32,000 nt of DNA. Origin: Nitrosococcus oceani ATCC 19707 (GTDB taxonomy: Bacteria; Pseudomonadota; Gammaproteobacteria; Nitrosococcales; Nitrosococcaceae). The notes beneath the pieces were generated by a model. The model did not search any database. It was not told the origin of the DNA and saw only the letters and a program-made list of their open reading frames with translations. The DNA lies in the NCBI RefSeq assembly GCF_000012805.1, contig NC_007484.1, positions 3,210,001-3,242,000 on the forward strand, in the 5' to 3' direction. Positions 1 to 7,843 of the stretch are shown one piece after another. How positions within the stretch are numbered: the stretch's first letter is position 1; the number at the start of each line of letters is the position of its first letter. Made by a program: the position numbers and the translations under genes.

Positions 1-2
1 CC

Positions 3-488
3 CGCGCCCTGGTGCATGATCCCCGCCTCCTGATCCTAGATGAGCCCACGGCCGGAGTCGATATTGAGCTGCGCCGCTCCATGTGGCAATTTCTCCAGGA
101 AACCAACACTGAAGGGACTACGATCATTTTAACCACCCACTACCTGGAGGAAGCTGAAAGACTCTGCCGCAACATTGCCATTATTGACCGCGGTGCCATC
201 ATTGAGCATAACTCCATGAAAACCTTACTGACCAAACTCAACCGAGAGACCTTCATCCTCTACCTTAAAGAACCGCTGAATTTTACCCCCGCTCTCCCCA
301 ACTATCCTCTCCATCGCGTGGATGACACGACCCTGGAAGCGGAAGTCCGCAAGGAGGAGGATCTTAATACCCTCTTTGCAGCCCTTTCCAAGGAAGGGAT
401 TCGGGTGCTAAGCATGCGGAATAAAGCCAACCGGCTGGAAGAGCTCTTTATAGACCTCATCACCCCTAGCGATACGCTTGCCGCATGA
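3..488 (+). CDS. ABC transporter ATP-binding protein, 3' fragment (5' end lies outside the window; ABC-2/DrrA/YadG-like subfamily)
   Basis: The reading frame is open from base 3. The translation RALVHDPRLLILDEPTAGVD contains Walker B (LLILDEP) and the D-loop, followed by the H-loop (TTHYLEEAE) and a ~100-aa C-terminal domain. The stop overlaps the start of the next gene (ATGA at 485-488). Confidence 0.9.
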   Translation, partial: RALVHDPRLLILDEPTAGVDIELRRSMWQFLQETNTEGTTIILTTHYLEEAERLCRNIAIIDRGAIIEHNSMKTLLTKLNRETFILYLKEPLNFTPALPNYPLHRVDDTTLEAEVRKEEDLNTLFAALSKEGIRVLSMRNKANRLEELFIDLITPSDTLAA

Positions 489-1261
489 GCCGCGCACAAC
501 GTCATTATATTGCCTTCAAGACCCTAGTTATCAAGGAAGTCCGGCGCTTCACCCGCATTTGGGTCCAAACCCTGCTGCCGCCAGCGGTTACCATGACATT
601 GTATTTCATTATTTTCGGCAGCCTCATTGGCGCTCGTATTGGCCCCATGGAAGGTTTTAGCTACATGGAATACATTGCCCCCGGCCTGATCATGATGGCG
701 GTTATTACCCATTCTTATTCCAATGTGGTGTCCTCCTTTTTCAGCGCCAAATTCCAACACTATGTGGAAGAGCTGCTGGTTTCGCCAACCCCCCATAGCA
801 TTATTCTGGCGGGTTATGTGGTAGGTGGTGCGGTGCGAGGATTAATGGTCGGCTTGCTTGTTCTGTTCATAGCACTTTTTTTTACTCACCTGAAGGTAGA
901 GCATCCCCTCATTACCTGCGCCGTCGCCGTACTAACCGCCATCGTGTTTGCGCTGGGAGGATTTATTAACGCTACGTTTGCTAATAACTTCGACGATATT
1001 TCTATCGTCCCCAATTTCATCCTGACCCCATTGACCTACCTAGGGGGCGTTTTTTATTCTATCAACCTGATGCCCGAATTTGGCCAAACCCTTTCTCTCT
1101 TTAACCCTATTCTCTATATGGTCAACGCCTTCCGCTATGGTATTTTGGGTGTATCGGATATTAACGTCTGGACAGCTTTCGCCCTTATCCTGATATTTCT
1201 GATAGGGCTGACGGGGTTGGCTCTCTATTTACTGCACAAGGGAGTAGGGATAAGAACCTAA
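485..1261 (+). CDS. ABC-2 type transporter permease (YadH-like)
   Basis: 258 aa with about six hydrophobic segments. It is translationally coupled to the upstream ATPase by an ATGA overlap. Size and topology are typical of ABC-2 integral membrane proteins. Confidence 0.85.
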   Translation: MSRAQRHYIAFKTLVIKEVRRFTRIWVQTLLPPAVTMTLYFIIFGSLIGARIGPMEGFSYMEYIAPGLIMMAVITHSYSNVVSSFFSAKFQHYVEELLVSPTPHSIILAGYVVGGAVRGLMVGLLVLFIALFFTHLKVEHPLITCAVAVLTAIVFALGGFINATFANNFDDISIVPNFILTPLTYLGGVFYSINLMPEFGQTLSLFNPILYMVNAFRYGILGVSDINVWTAFALILIFLIGLTGLALYLLHKGVGIRT

Positions 1262-1290
1262 ACCGTGCGCTCCTCCCTGTATACCATCCC

Positions 1291-2124
1291 ATGCATCCCT
1301 TCAAATATTACACCATCCGACGTTTAAACCCCTATCTGGGCGTTCTTCAGGTGATTGATGCCGGCAAGGTGCGGGTCTATTCCAGCGAGGGTAAAACCTG
1401 GCGGCCACGACGGGTTGCGGGTAGCGAACGTTTCTGGTCTGAAACAGATATCGGCGGTAATGGCTATGACCGCGCCGAGGTTTCTAAAAGCGCTCTCACC
1501 AAAGCCATTGAGCATCACCCACCGCTCCCTTTTCCAGCCGGCGATCGCCTTGAACTATGGCTGCTGCGCAAAGCAACTGGCTTGCCCTTAGCGCTGCTCA
1601 ATAGCTGCCACTGGGAGCACGATATGGCAGCCGTCACCGATCCGGCTTGGCGGGCATTCCCCCCGGGCGCTACGGACTTTGAAGTCCCTGGCCTAGCGGC
1701 CACCCGCGGGGCGCGCCATCGAGACATGCTGGAATGGTGGATTAACGATGCGGCCCGGCCACTACCCGCTGCTCAATGGTTCCAGCGTGACTCCAATGGG
1801 GCAGGCACGGGACTAGACGGACTCCGGATCGAACCCGCCTGGCGAGGGCGAATCTTGCCAGCCTTGGCCTTCCCGGAGCTTTTGCTGGATGAACGCTGGG
1901 AAAGAGAGGAAGCCACCCAGTTAGTCCAAGGCTACCATGACTGGCACGGGGCTCTGCTCCTGGCCCATGGAAACCTGCCACGGAATACCCGGCAGCGGCT
2001 GGAGAAAGCTGCCCAGAAGAGACCCGACATGCTCCTAGAAAGCCACCTCATGCTCCCCGAGGTTCTGGACTCCGAGGCATTAAAAGTCGCCTTGGTCGCC
2101 GCACGACTCATGCAAACACTTTAA
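1291..2124 (+). CDS. hypothetical protein; Trp/Arg/Leu-rich, with no TM segment or signal peptide visible
   Basis: An 834-nt ORF fills the gap between the permease (29 nt upstream) and uppP (22 nt downstream) on the same strand. I recognise no family motif. There is no obvious Shine-Dalgarno sequence before the ATG at 1291, so the start is uncertain. Confidence 0.6.
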   Translation: MHPFKYYTIRRLNPYLGVLQVIDAGKVRVYSSEGKTWRPRRVAGSERFWSETDIGGNGYDRAEVSKSALTKAIEHHPPLPFPAGDRLELWLLRKATGLPLALLNSCHWEHDMAAVTDPAWRAFPPGATDFEVPGLAATRGARHRDMLEWWINDAARPLPAAQWFQRDSNGAGTGLDGLRIEPAWRGRILPALAFPELLLDERWEREEATQLVQGYHDWHGALLLAHGNLPRNTRQRLEKAAQKRPDMLLESHLMLPEVLDSEALKVALVAARLMQTL

Positions 2125-2146
2125 TCAATTTAAAGGAAATTCCCTG

Positions 2147-2944
2147 GTGGATTTTATCCATATTCTGGCGCTGGCTATTTTGCAAGGACTCACTGAATTT
2201 CTTCCTATCTCCAGTTCCGCCCATCTTATTCTTCTGCCGGTTCTCGCTGGCTGGACCGATCAAGGGCTTGCCTTCGACGTGGCGGTTCACCTGGGAACCT
2301 TAGTTGCGGTCATCAGCTATTTCCGGCTAGAACTAGCAAGGATGGCGAGGGATTGGCTCCAATCCCTCGCTGCGGGCCAACAACAAGGAGAAAGCCGTCT
2401 TGCCTGGGCCGTACTCCTTGGTACCTTACCGGTCGGATTAGTCGGTATCATGCTAACCGAAACCACCCAAGAAGCGCTCCGCTCTCCCCTAATCATCGCC
2501 TGGAGCACGGTAGGGTTCGGATTCCTTCTCGCCTACGCTGACTGGGCCGGCAAACAACAACGAAACGAGCATACCCTCACCTGGCGCGACATCCTCTTCA
2601 TTGGCCTAGCTCAAGCCTTAGCCCTAATTCCCGGCACCTCCCGTTCCGGCATCACCATCACTGCCGGCCTAATGTTAGGGCTCACTCGGGAAGGAGCCGC
2701 CCGATTTTCCTTCTTATTGGCGATCCCGGTTATCCTTCTTGCCGGCGGACTAGCCGCTTTGGATTTGTTGAATCATACTGAAACCGTAGATTGGAACGCT
2801 CTCGCCCTTGGCGCCCTAATTTCCGGCCTTTGCGCCTATGCCTGCATCCACTATTTCTTTAAATTTCTTCAGCGTATCGGCATGCTTCCCTTCGCAGTAT
2901 ACCGGTTACTGCTGGGCGCTCTATTATTTTATCTGTTTTCATAA
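2147..2944 (+). CDS. uppP: undecaprenyl-diphosphate phosphatase (BacA/UppP)
   Basis: GTG start. The signature motifs EFLPISSSAHL and PGTSRSG are present. 265 aa, polytopic membrane protein. Confidence 0.95.
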   Translation: MDFIHILALAILQGLTEFLPISSSAHLILLPVLAGWTDQGLAFDVAVHLGTLVAVISYFRLELARMARDWLQSLAAGQQQGESRLAWAVLLGTLPVGLVGIMLTETTQEALRSPLIIAWSTVGFGFLLAYADWAGKQQRNEHTLTWRDILFIGLAQALALIPGTSRSGITITAGLMLGLTREGAARFSFLLAIPVILLAGGLAALDLLNHTETVDWNALALGALISGLCAYACIHYFFKFLQRIGMLPFAVYRLLLGALLFYLFS

Positions 2945-2963
2945 AATAGTTTTCGACTCCAAA

Positions 2964-2992
2964 TTGACAGTTCACACGGCAGTCCGTAGAAT
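2964..2992 (+). promoter_or_regulatory. candidate sigma70 promoter for rplM-rpsI
   Basis: TTGACA (2964-2969), a 17-nt spacer, then TAGAAT (2987-2992). It lies 45 nt upstream of the rplM ATG and just after the uppP stop. GGAG sits ~9 nt before the ATG. Confidence 0.55.
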
Positions 2993-3036
2993 TAATAGCT
3001 TTTTAGACACTCAGCCAATTGCTGGAGCGATAACGG

Positions 3037-3465
3037 ATGAAAACCTTCAGTGCCAAACCCAAAGAAGTTCGACGCGACTGGTATCTTGTAGACGCCAATG
3101 GGGTAACCCTAGGACGCCTAGCAAGTGAGATCGCCCGGCGTCTGCGGGGAAAGCATAAAGCTATCTACACCCCCCATATCGATACTGGGGATTACATTGT
3201 AGTGGTCAATGCGGAGAAAATCCGCGCCACGGGCAAGAAAATGGCGCAGAAGCATTACTACAGGCACTCAGGCTATCCTGGTGGGATTAAATCCCTCACT
3301 CTGGAGAAACTCCTTGAGCGGGCCCCCGAACGGGCAATAGAGCTCGCTGTCAAAGGAATGTTACCCAAAAATCCCTTGGGCCGTGCAATGTTTCGCAAGC
3401 TAAACGTTTATGGGGGAAGCAACCATCCCCACATTGCGCAACAGCCCCAACCCCTCAAGATCTAA
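3037..3465 (+). CDS. rplM: 50S ribosomal protein L13
   Basis: 142 aa. The N-terminus [20 protein letters not shown] and the overall sequence are typical of bacterial L13. It sits in the conserved rplM-rpsI pair. Confidence 0.97.
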   Translation: MKTFSAKPKEVRRDWYLVDANGVTLGRLASEIARRLRGKHKAIYTPHIDTGDYIVVVNAEKIRATGKKMAQKHYYRHSGYPGGIKSLTLEKLLERAPERAIELAVKGMLPKNPLGRAMFRKLNVYGGSNHPHIAQQPQPLKI

Positions 3466-3488
3466 CATCAGTCGCGAGCATCTCAATC

Positions 3489-3878
3489 ATGGCAGAGACA
3501 TATTACGCTACCGGCCGCCGCAAAACTTCTACCGCCCGGGTCTATCTGAGTAGCGGAAGTGGTAATATTTTAATCAATAACCGTAGCATAGAAGAATACT
3601 TTGGCAGAGAAACTTCACGGATGATCGTCCGCCAACCACTGGAATTAGTGGAATTAAACGAGAAGCTAGACGTGCGGATTTTCGTTCGCGGAGGTGGGAG
3701 TAGCGGTCAAGCGGGCGCTATTCGCCATGGTATTGCCCGGGCACTCGTCAGCTACGACGAAATACTCAAGCCCCCGCTCCGCAAAGCAGGATTTGTTACC
3801 CGGGACCCCAGAGCCGTGGAACGCAAGAAAATCGGCCTCCATAAAGCCCGCAAAGCACCTCAATACTCGAAGCGTTAA
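3489..3878 (+). CDS. rpsI: 30S ribosomal protein S9
   Basis: 129 aa. Contains [19 protein letters not shown] and the C-terminal KAPQYSKR typical of S9. Confidence 0.97.
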   Translation: MAETYYATGRRKTSTARVYLSSGSGNILINNRSIEEYFGRETSRMIVRQPLELVELNEKLDVRIFVRGGGSSGQAGAIRHGIARALVSYDEILKPPLRKAGFVTRDPRAVERKKIGLHKARKAPQYSKR

Positions 3879-3889
3879 TAGTTTTTTGT

Positions 3890-3963
3890 TGGGGGATCGT
3901 CTAGTGGTAGGACAGCGGACTCTGACTCCGCCAACCTAGGTTCGAATCCTAGTCCCCCAGCCA
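3890..3963 (+). tRNA. tRNA-Gln (anticodon CTG at 3922-3924), encoded CCA
   Basis: A hand-folded cloverleaf works throughout. Acceptor TGGGGGA/TCCCCCA has the U1:A72 pair. D stem GTCT/GGAC. Anticodon stem GCGGA/TCCGC with loop CTCTGAC. T arm CTAGG-TTCGAAT-CCTAG. Discriminator G plus CCA. It closely resembles E. coli tRNA-Gln. Confidence 0.95.
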
Positions 3964-3998
3964 AAAAACAAAGGCCAGTAGTATTACTGCGCCTTTGT
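3964..3998. terminator. hairpin terminator between tRNA-Gln (+) and the nitroreductase (-); stronger on the minus strand
   Basis: ACAAAGGC-CAGTA-gtat-TACTG-c-GCCTTTGT forms about 13 bp with one bulge. An A6 run on the left side gives a U-tract after the hairpin on the minus strand. The plus strand has only GTGTTAAT after the hairpin. Confidence 0.6.
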
Positions 3999-4025
3999 GT
4001 TAATCTCTAAGCCGAAAAACTCTAA

Positions 4026-4610
4026 TTAAAGTCCGCCATGGATGATAATCTCCTCTAGTGCCTTCCGTTGCCGCTCACGGGAATCCCGCTGGGCGTATTT
4101 CTCTGGTATCAGAGAAGGCTTACCGGCATAGCCAATTGCTAGCCCTGTAAAAGGCTCCAGCAAACCAGCGAAGCTAAATATCTGCCGCGCCTTATCAGGT
4201 TCAATACCGATCATCTGATGTACACTTAAACCACGTGCAGTTGCTTCAAAAGTGAGGCAAGCTGATGCAGCTCCCAAGTCATGGATCGCCGCCTTGTTCT
4301 GCTTACCATTATGCTCAAATTCATGTTCAACCAGGCCCAGAGCGAGTACCGGTGCATTTTTCGCCCACGGCTGATTGCCTTCCGCAAGTACGCTGAGCAC
4401 CTGCTCCCAGATTTCCTGACTACGCTCCCGGACACCGACAATATACCGCCAAGGCTGGGCATTGTAGGACGACATAGCCCAGCGGGCCGCTTCGAACATG
4501 GCACGCAGATCATCTTCACTGACCTCGCGGCTTGGATCAAAAGCATAAGGGCTCCAGCGTTGGACAAGCAGGCCGTGAACAGGATAATCGACGGGGGCGT
4601 TGCGGTTCAT
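4026..4610 (-). CDS. nitroreductase family protein (FMN-dependent NAD(P)H oxidoreductase fold)
   Basis: Motifs RWSPYAF and SSYNAQPWRYIV are typical of the nitroreductase superfamily. I place the start at the internal ATG (MNRNAPVDYP, 4610) rather than the ORF-track start at 4697. The 29 extra residues are Cys/Phe-rich and not protein-like. Confidence 0.8.
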   Translation of the reverse strand: MNRNAPVDYPVHGLLVQRWSPYAFDPSREVSEDDLRAMFEAARWAMSSYNAQPWRYIVGVRERSQEIWEQVLSVLAEGNQPWAKNAPVLALGLVEHEFEHNGKQNKAAIHDLGAASACLTFEATARGLSVHQMIGIEPDKARQIFSFAGLLEPFTGLAIGYAGKPSLIPEKYAQRDSRERQRKALEEIIIHGGL

Positions 4611-5160
4611 AAAGCGTTCCTTATGGGTAGTGCTTATAAAAAACAAGCATAGGGTATCCGATTCAATCAGGCAACGGAATGTAACCAGTCTCGCCAAGAA
4701 TATCCATCCTCATATCGCCCTTATAAGGATGAGATCTGAATGTCTTTTAATCAGCCGGAATTTCGCAGGGACCTATGTGATCGAGGAATACAAAAAAGTC
4801 TACCGTCCATCGCTTACAAGAAGGCAGTACATGAAGGAACATTGAATCCAACCTCACCTTTTTCTCGCGGTCTGATTACCGGAATCAACAGTTCTAGCTG
4901 CGCCCGTCCATTTTAGTTCTGCTGCGGATAAATAGCCCATGATTTAGCCCGCCATGAAAGGCACTTATATTTTTTAGTATGAGATAATGAGGGCAATTGC
5001 TTAATTTACTTTCGTTATAATTGATTTTCTACTTGGCATTCAGCAGTTTTTTAAATCCCTATCGTGAGCACTTTACGAAGCCTTCATTTGGATTGGAATT
5101 TAGAATAAATTATTGTTTTTAATTATAATTTAAACAATCTCAAGGATCAGCCTATTTATC

Positions 5161-5976
5161 ATGCCCCCAAAACGCCGCCCTTTACCAGAAAGTTATCGGA
5201 ATGAGGAATTCCTCTCTAGCCGCGAGGCGCGATCACTTCGGATTCTTTCCGAGTACCTGGAACCCCAACGCCGTTTTGCACGCTATAAGGTGGATGATAC
5301 CGTGGTTTTCATGGGCTCGGCGCGCACTCTCCCGCAAGCACAAGCCGAACAGGCACTTAAAGAAGCTAAAGAAAGCACGGGTGATATCAGCAAAGCAGAA
5401 CGACAGCTTGAAATGTCGAAGTACTATGAGGCCGCGCGGGAATTGGCGCGCCGCCTAACGGAATGGTCCAAGGCATTAAGTGATGAGGAACGGCGCTTTG
5501 TAGTATGTACGGGCGGCGGACCAGGAATCATGGAGGCTGCTAACCGAGGAGCCTCCGAAGCAAAGGGGATGAACATTGGGCTGACCATCTCCATCCCCAT
5601 TGAGGAATTTGATAACTCCTATATCACTCGCGAACTTTCGTTTCACTTTCACTATTTTTTTATGCGCAAGTTTTGGTTCGCTTATTTAGCCAAAGCTATT
5701 ATCGTCTTTCCAGGTGGATTTGGTACGCTTGACGAATTATTTGAACTCCTCACTCTGATGCAGACTGGTAAAATCCGCAAACACCTTCCTATTATCCTCT
5801 TTGGAAAGGCCTATTGGAATGAAGTTATTAACTTTGATGCTCTAGTCCGGTACAGTAATATCGATCCTCAAGATTTAGATTTGCTCTATCAGACCGACTC
5901 GGTTGATGAAGCTTATGCCTTTCTCATCGATCATCTCACCCGGTATGCAATTGAGGAGCGGGGAGCAATTCTTTAA
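5161..5976 (+). CDS. LOG/TIGR00730-family protein (nucleotide 5'-monophosphate phosphoribohydrolase, formerly annotated as 'lysine decarboxylase-like')
   Basis: Contains GGGPGIMEAANRGA and PGGFGTLDELFE (the PGGxGTxxE motif). 271 aa, with a ~100-aa N-terminal extension. Confidence 0.85.
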   Translation: MPPKRRPLPESYRNEEFLSSREARSLRILSEYLEPQRRFARYKVDDTVVFMGSARTLPQAQAEQALKEAKESTGDISKAERQLEMSKYYEAARELARRLTEWSKALSDEERRFVVCTGGGPGIMEAANRGASEAKGMNIGLTISIPIEEFDNSYITRELSFHFHYFFMRKFWFAYLAKAIIVFPGGFGTLDELFELLTLMQTGKIRKHLPIILFGKAYWNEVINFDALVRYSNIDPQDLDLLYQTDSVDEAYAFLIDHLTRYAIEERGAIL

Positions 5977-6756
5977 ATGTCCTACAAAGTCATTATCCCC
6001 GCCCGTTATGGCGCTAGCCGCCTACCAGGTAAGCCGCTGCTCGATTTGGCGGGTAAACCTATGTTGCTGCATGTCGTGGAAAAAGCTCAAAAAAGCGGTG
6101 CTGAAGAAGTCCTAGTTGCCACTGATGATAGGCGTATAGAGGCAATCGTCCAAAACCATGGTGTGCAAGTCTGTATGACCTCAGTCCAACATGACTCTGG
6201 AACTAACCGCTTAGCAGAAGCGGTAACGCAAAAAGATTATCCAGATCAAACCATTATTATCAATGTCCAGGGCGACGAGCCTCTTTTGCCTCCCTCCCTG
6301 ATTACTCAAGCGGCGGAAGACCTAAAAACCCATCCCAAGGCGGATATTGCTACCTTGTGTGTACCTATTGCTAACCGAGAGGAGTTGTTTGATCCTAATA
6401 TCGTTAAAGTAGTTCGGGATATACAAGGCTATGCCCTTTACTTCAGCCGGGCCCCTATTCCCTGGGCAAGAGAAGACTTTGCCGCTAAAACTGGGAACCG
6501 CTGGCCCACCTCCTGGTCTTATTATCGCCATGTCGGACTTTACGCTTATCGTGCAAGTTTCTTGCGGCGCTATCCCCAACTTCCTGTCTCCCCCCTGGAG
6601 CAGGCCGAATGCTTGGAGCAACTGCGGGTCTTATACCATGGAGGTCGCATCCATGTGGCTATCGCCGGTACAATTCCTCCTCCAGGGGTAGACACCCTGG
6701 CTGACTTGGAACGGGTGAGGCAACTGCTAGTAACCCAGGAAAGAAACCACAACTAA
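5977..6756 (+). CDS. kdsB: 3-deoxy-manno-octulosonate cytidylyltransferase (CMP-KDO synthetase)
   Basis: Contains IIPARYGASRLPGKPL and VQGDEPLL. 259 aa. The ATG directly abuts the TAA of the upstream gene (TAAATG). Confidence 0.95.
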   Translation: MSYKVIIPARYGASRLPGKPLLDLAGKPMLLHVVEKAQKSGAEEVLVATDDRRIEAIVQNHGVQVCMTSVQHDSGTNRLAEAVTQKDYPDQTIIINVQGDEPLLPPSLITQAAEDLKTHPKADIATLCVPIANREELFDPNIVKVVRDIQGYALYFSRAPIPWAREDFAAKTGNRWPTSWSYYRHVGLYAYRASFLRRYPQLPVSPLEQAECLEQLRVLYHGGRIHVAIAGTIPPPGVDTLADLERVRQLLVTQERNHN

Positions 6757-6783
6757 AGGTGGAGCACAATCTAGCGATATTAT

Positions 6784-7140
6784 TTAATGAGAGGACAAAA
6801 AAGGTAAAACCCCCAAAGCTAGGAAGGCAGGACTCATCCGCCCGGATGAATCTTGGACCTTAACTTCTAAGGTTTGCGGCACTCGGCGGCGCGCCTTGCC
6901 AAATTGATCAGGTTGGATTGTCTGATGGCAAGCTACTTCCTGCAATACTAGTATGGGGCCTTCCTCTAAGACCTCAATAATCTGGCAAGGAATTTCTTGA
7001 TGCTGGACCTGGCGGCCAATGAGGCGCCGCAGGCAAGTAACAGTGATGAGAGAGGAAACCATCGGTGGCAATTCTTTAGGAGGTGTTTTTATAGTAGCTT
7101 CGCATTGAAAAAATGCCCCCTGTTTAAAACCTAATATCAT
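6784..7140 (-). CDS. hypothetical protein (orphan ORF, opposite strand to its neighbours)
   Basis: This is the only ORF of 60 aa or more in the 410-bp kdsB-ptp gap. An open frame of 118 codons is unlikely by chance at ~50% GC. I see no recognisable motif and no clear SD. The start could instead be the internal Met at MVSSL. Confidence 0.45.
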   Translation of the reverse strand: MILGFKQGAFFQCEATIKTPPKELPPMVSSLITVTCLRRLIGRQVQHQEIPCQIIEVLEEGPILVLQEVACHQTIQPDQFGKARRRVPQTLEVKVQDSSGRMSPAFLALGVLPFLSSH

Positions 7141-7166
7141 TTATAACTTTTAAAATCGTATAGAAC

Positions 7167-7727
7167 ATGATGATTCTAAGAGAATGGTTCCAAGGCAGCA
7201 AACAAGTTCTGCCTCGCTCCTCCGAGGACAAGATCGGAGTACTTTTTGTTTGTATGGCTAACTTCTGCCGCTCCCCCATGGCGAAAGGTCTCTTCCAGCA
7301 GCTGGTAGCGCATCATCACCTTAGCCATGCCATTTTTGTCGATGCGGCTGGTACCCACGGCCACTTTGCTGGCGAACGTCCGGATCCGCGAGCTCGGACA
7401 TGCTGCCGGCGGCGTGGTATTGATATCGACCGCTACCGCGCCCGGCAGATTCAACCTATTGACTTCATAAAGTTCGACTACCTGATTGCCATGGACCATT
7501 CGAATTTAGCAATGTTAAAAAAACTAACGCCAGAGGGCCAAGCAAGAAAAATCCGATTACTTCTTGAACTCGCCCCTCATTTGAGAAGACAAGATGTGCC
7601 TGATCCCTATTATGGCCCCCCCAGCGAATTTGAAGCGTCCTTGGATCTCATTGAGGAGGCAGCTCATAGTCTCCTCAATGAAATTCGCCAACGGCACTTA
7701 AGTTCCCTAGCTCCTAGTTCGGGCTAA
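7167..7727 (+). CDS. low-molecular-weight protein-tyrosine phosphatase
   Basis: The CX5R(S/T) P-loop is present as VCMANFCRSP, and the DP general-acid motif as DPYYG. It has an unusually long (~24 aa) N-terminal lead-in before the P-loop. Confidence 0.9.
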   Translation: MMILREWFQGSKQVLPRSSEDKIGVLFVCMANFCRSPMAKGLFQQLVAHHHLSHAIFVDAAGTHGHFAGERPDPRARTCCRRRGIDIDRYRARQIQPIDFIKFDYLIAMDHSNLAMLKKLTPEGQARKIRLLLELAPHLRRQDVPDPYYGPPSEFEASLDLIEEAAHSLLNEIRQRHLSSLAPSSG

Positions 7728-7843
7728 TACTTGCTTCTTGTTCCCTTATCACTGGAGAAATCGCATTTTTCTATTCCTACCGCCCAAAAAGGAACTTTAG
7801 CTTCTTCTGCTCCTCCCTAGCATATTCAGCGCTTGTGCCATAT

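Noticed and set aside
4600-4845. 81-aa plus-strand ORF in the AT-rich gap
   Set aside because: It overlaps the nitroreductase start on the other strand. It has no SD, and its basic low-complexity composition is typical of AT-rich non-coding DNA.
5034-5050. TGGCAT...CAGTTT resembling a sigma54 -24/-12 element upstream of the LOG gene
   Set aside because: The GG-N10-GC spacing is not met, because no GC falls at the -12 position.
3890-5160. Idea that tRNA-Gln marks an integrated islet (nitroreductase plus AT-rich DNA)
   Set aside because: There is no integrase or other mobility gene. I found no direct repeat of the tRNA 3' end; the only matches are trivial, such as GAATCC near 4844 and CCCCCAAAA at 5164. 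I kept it only as a minor alternative in the AT-rich-gap finding.
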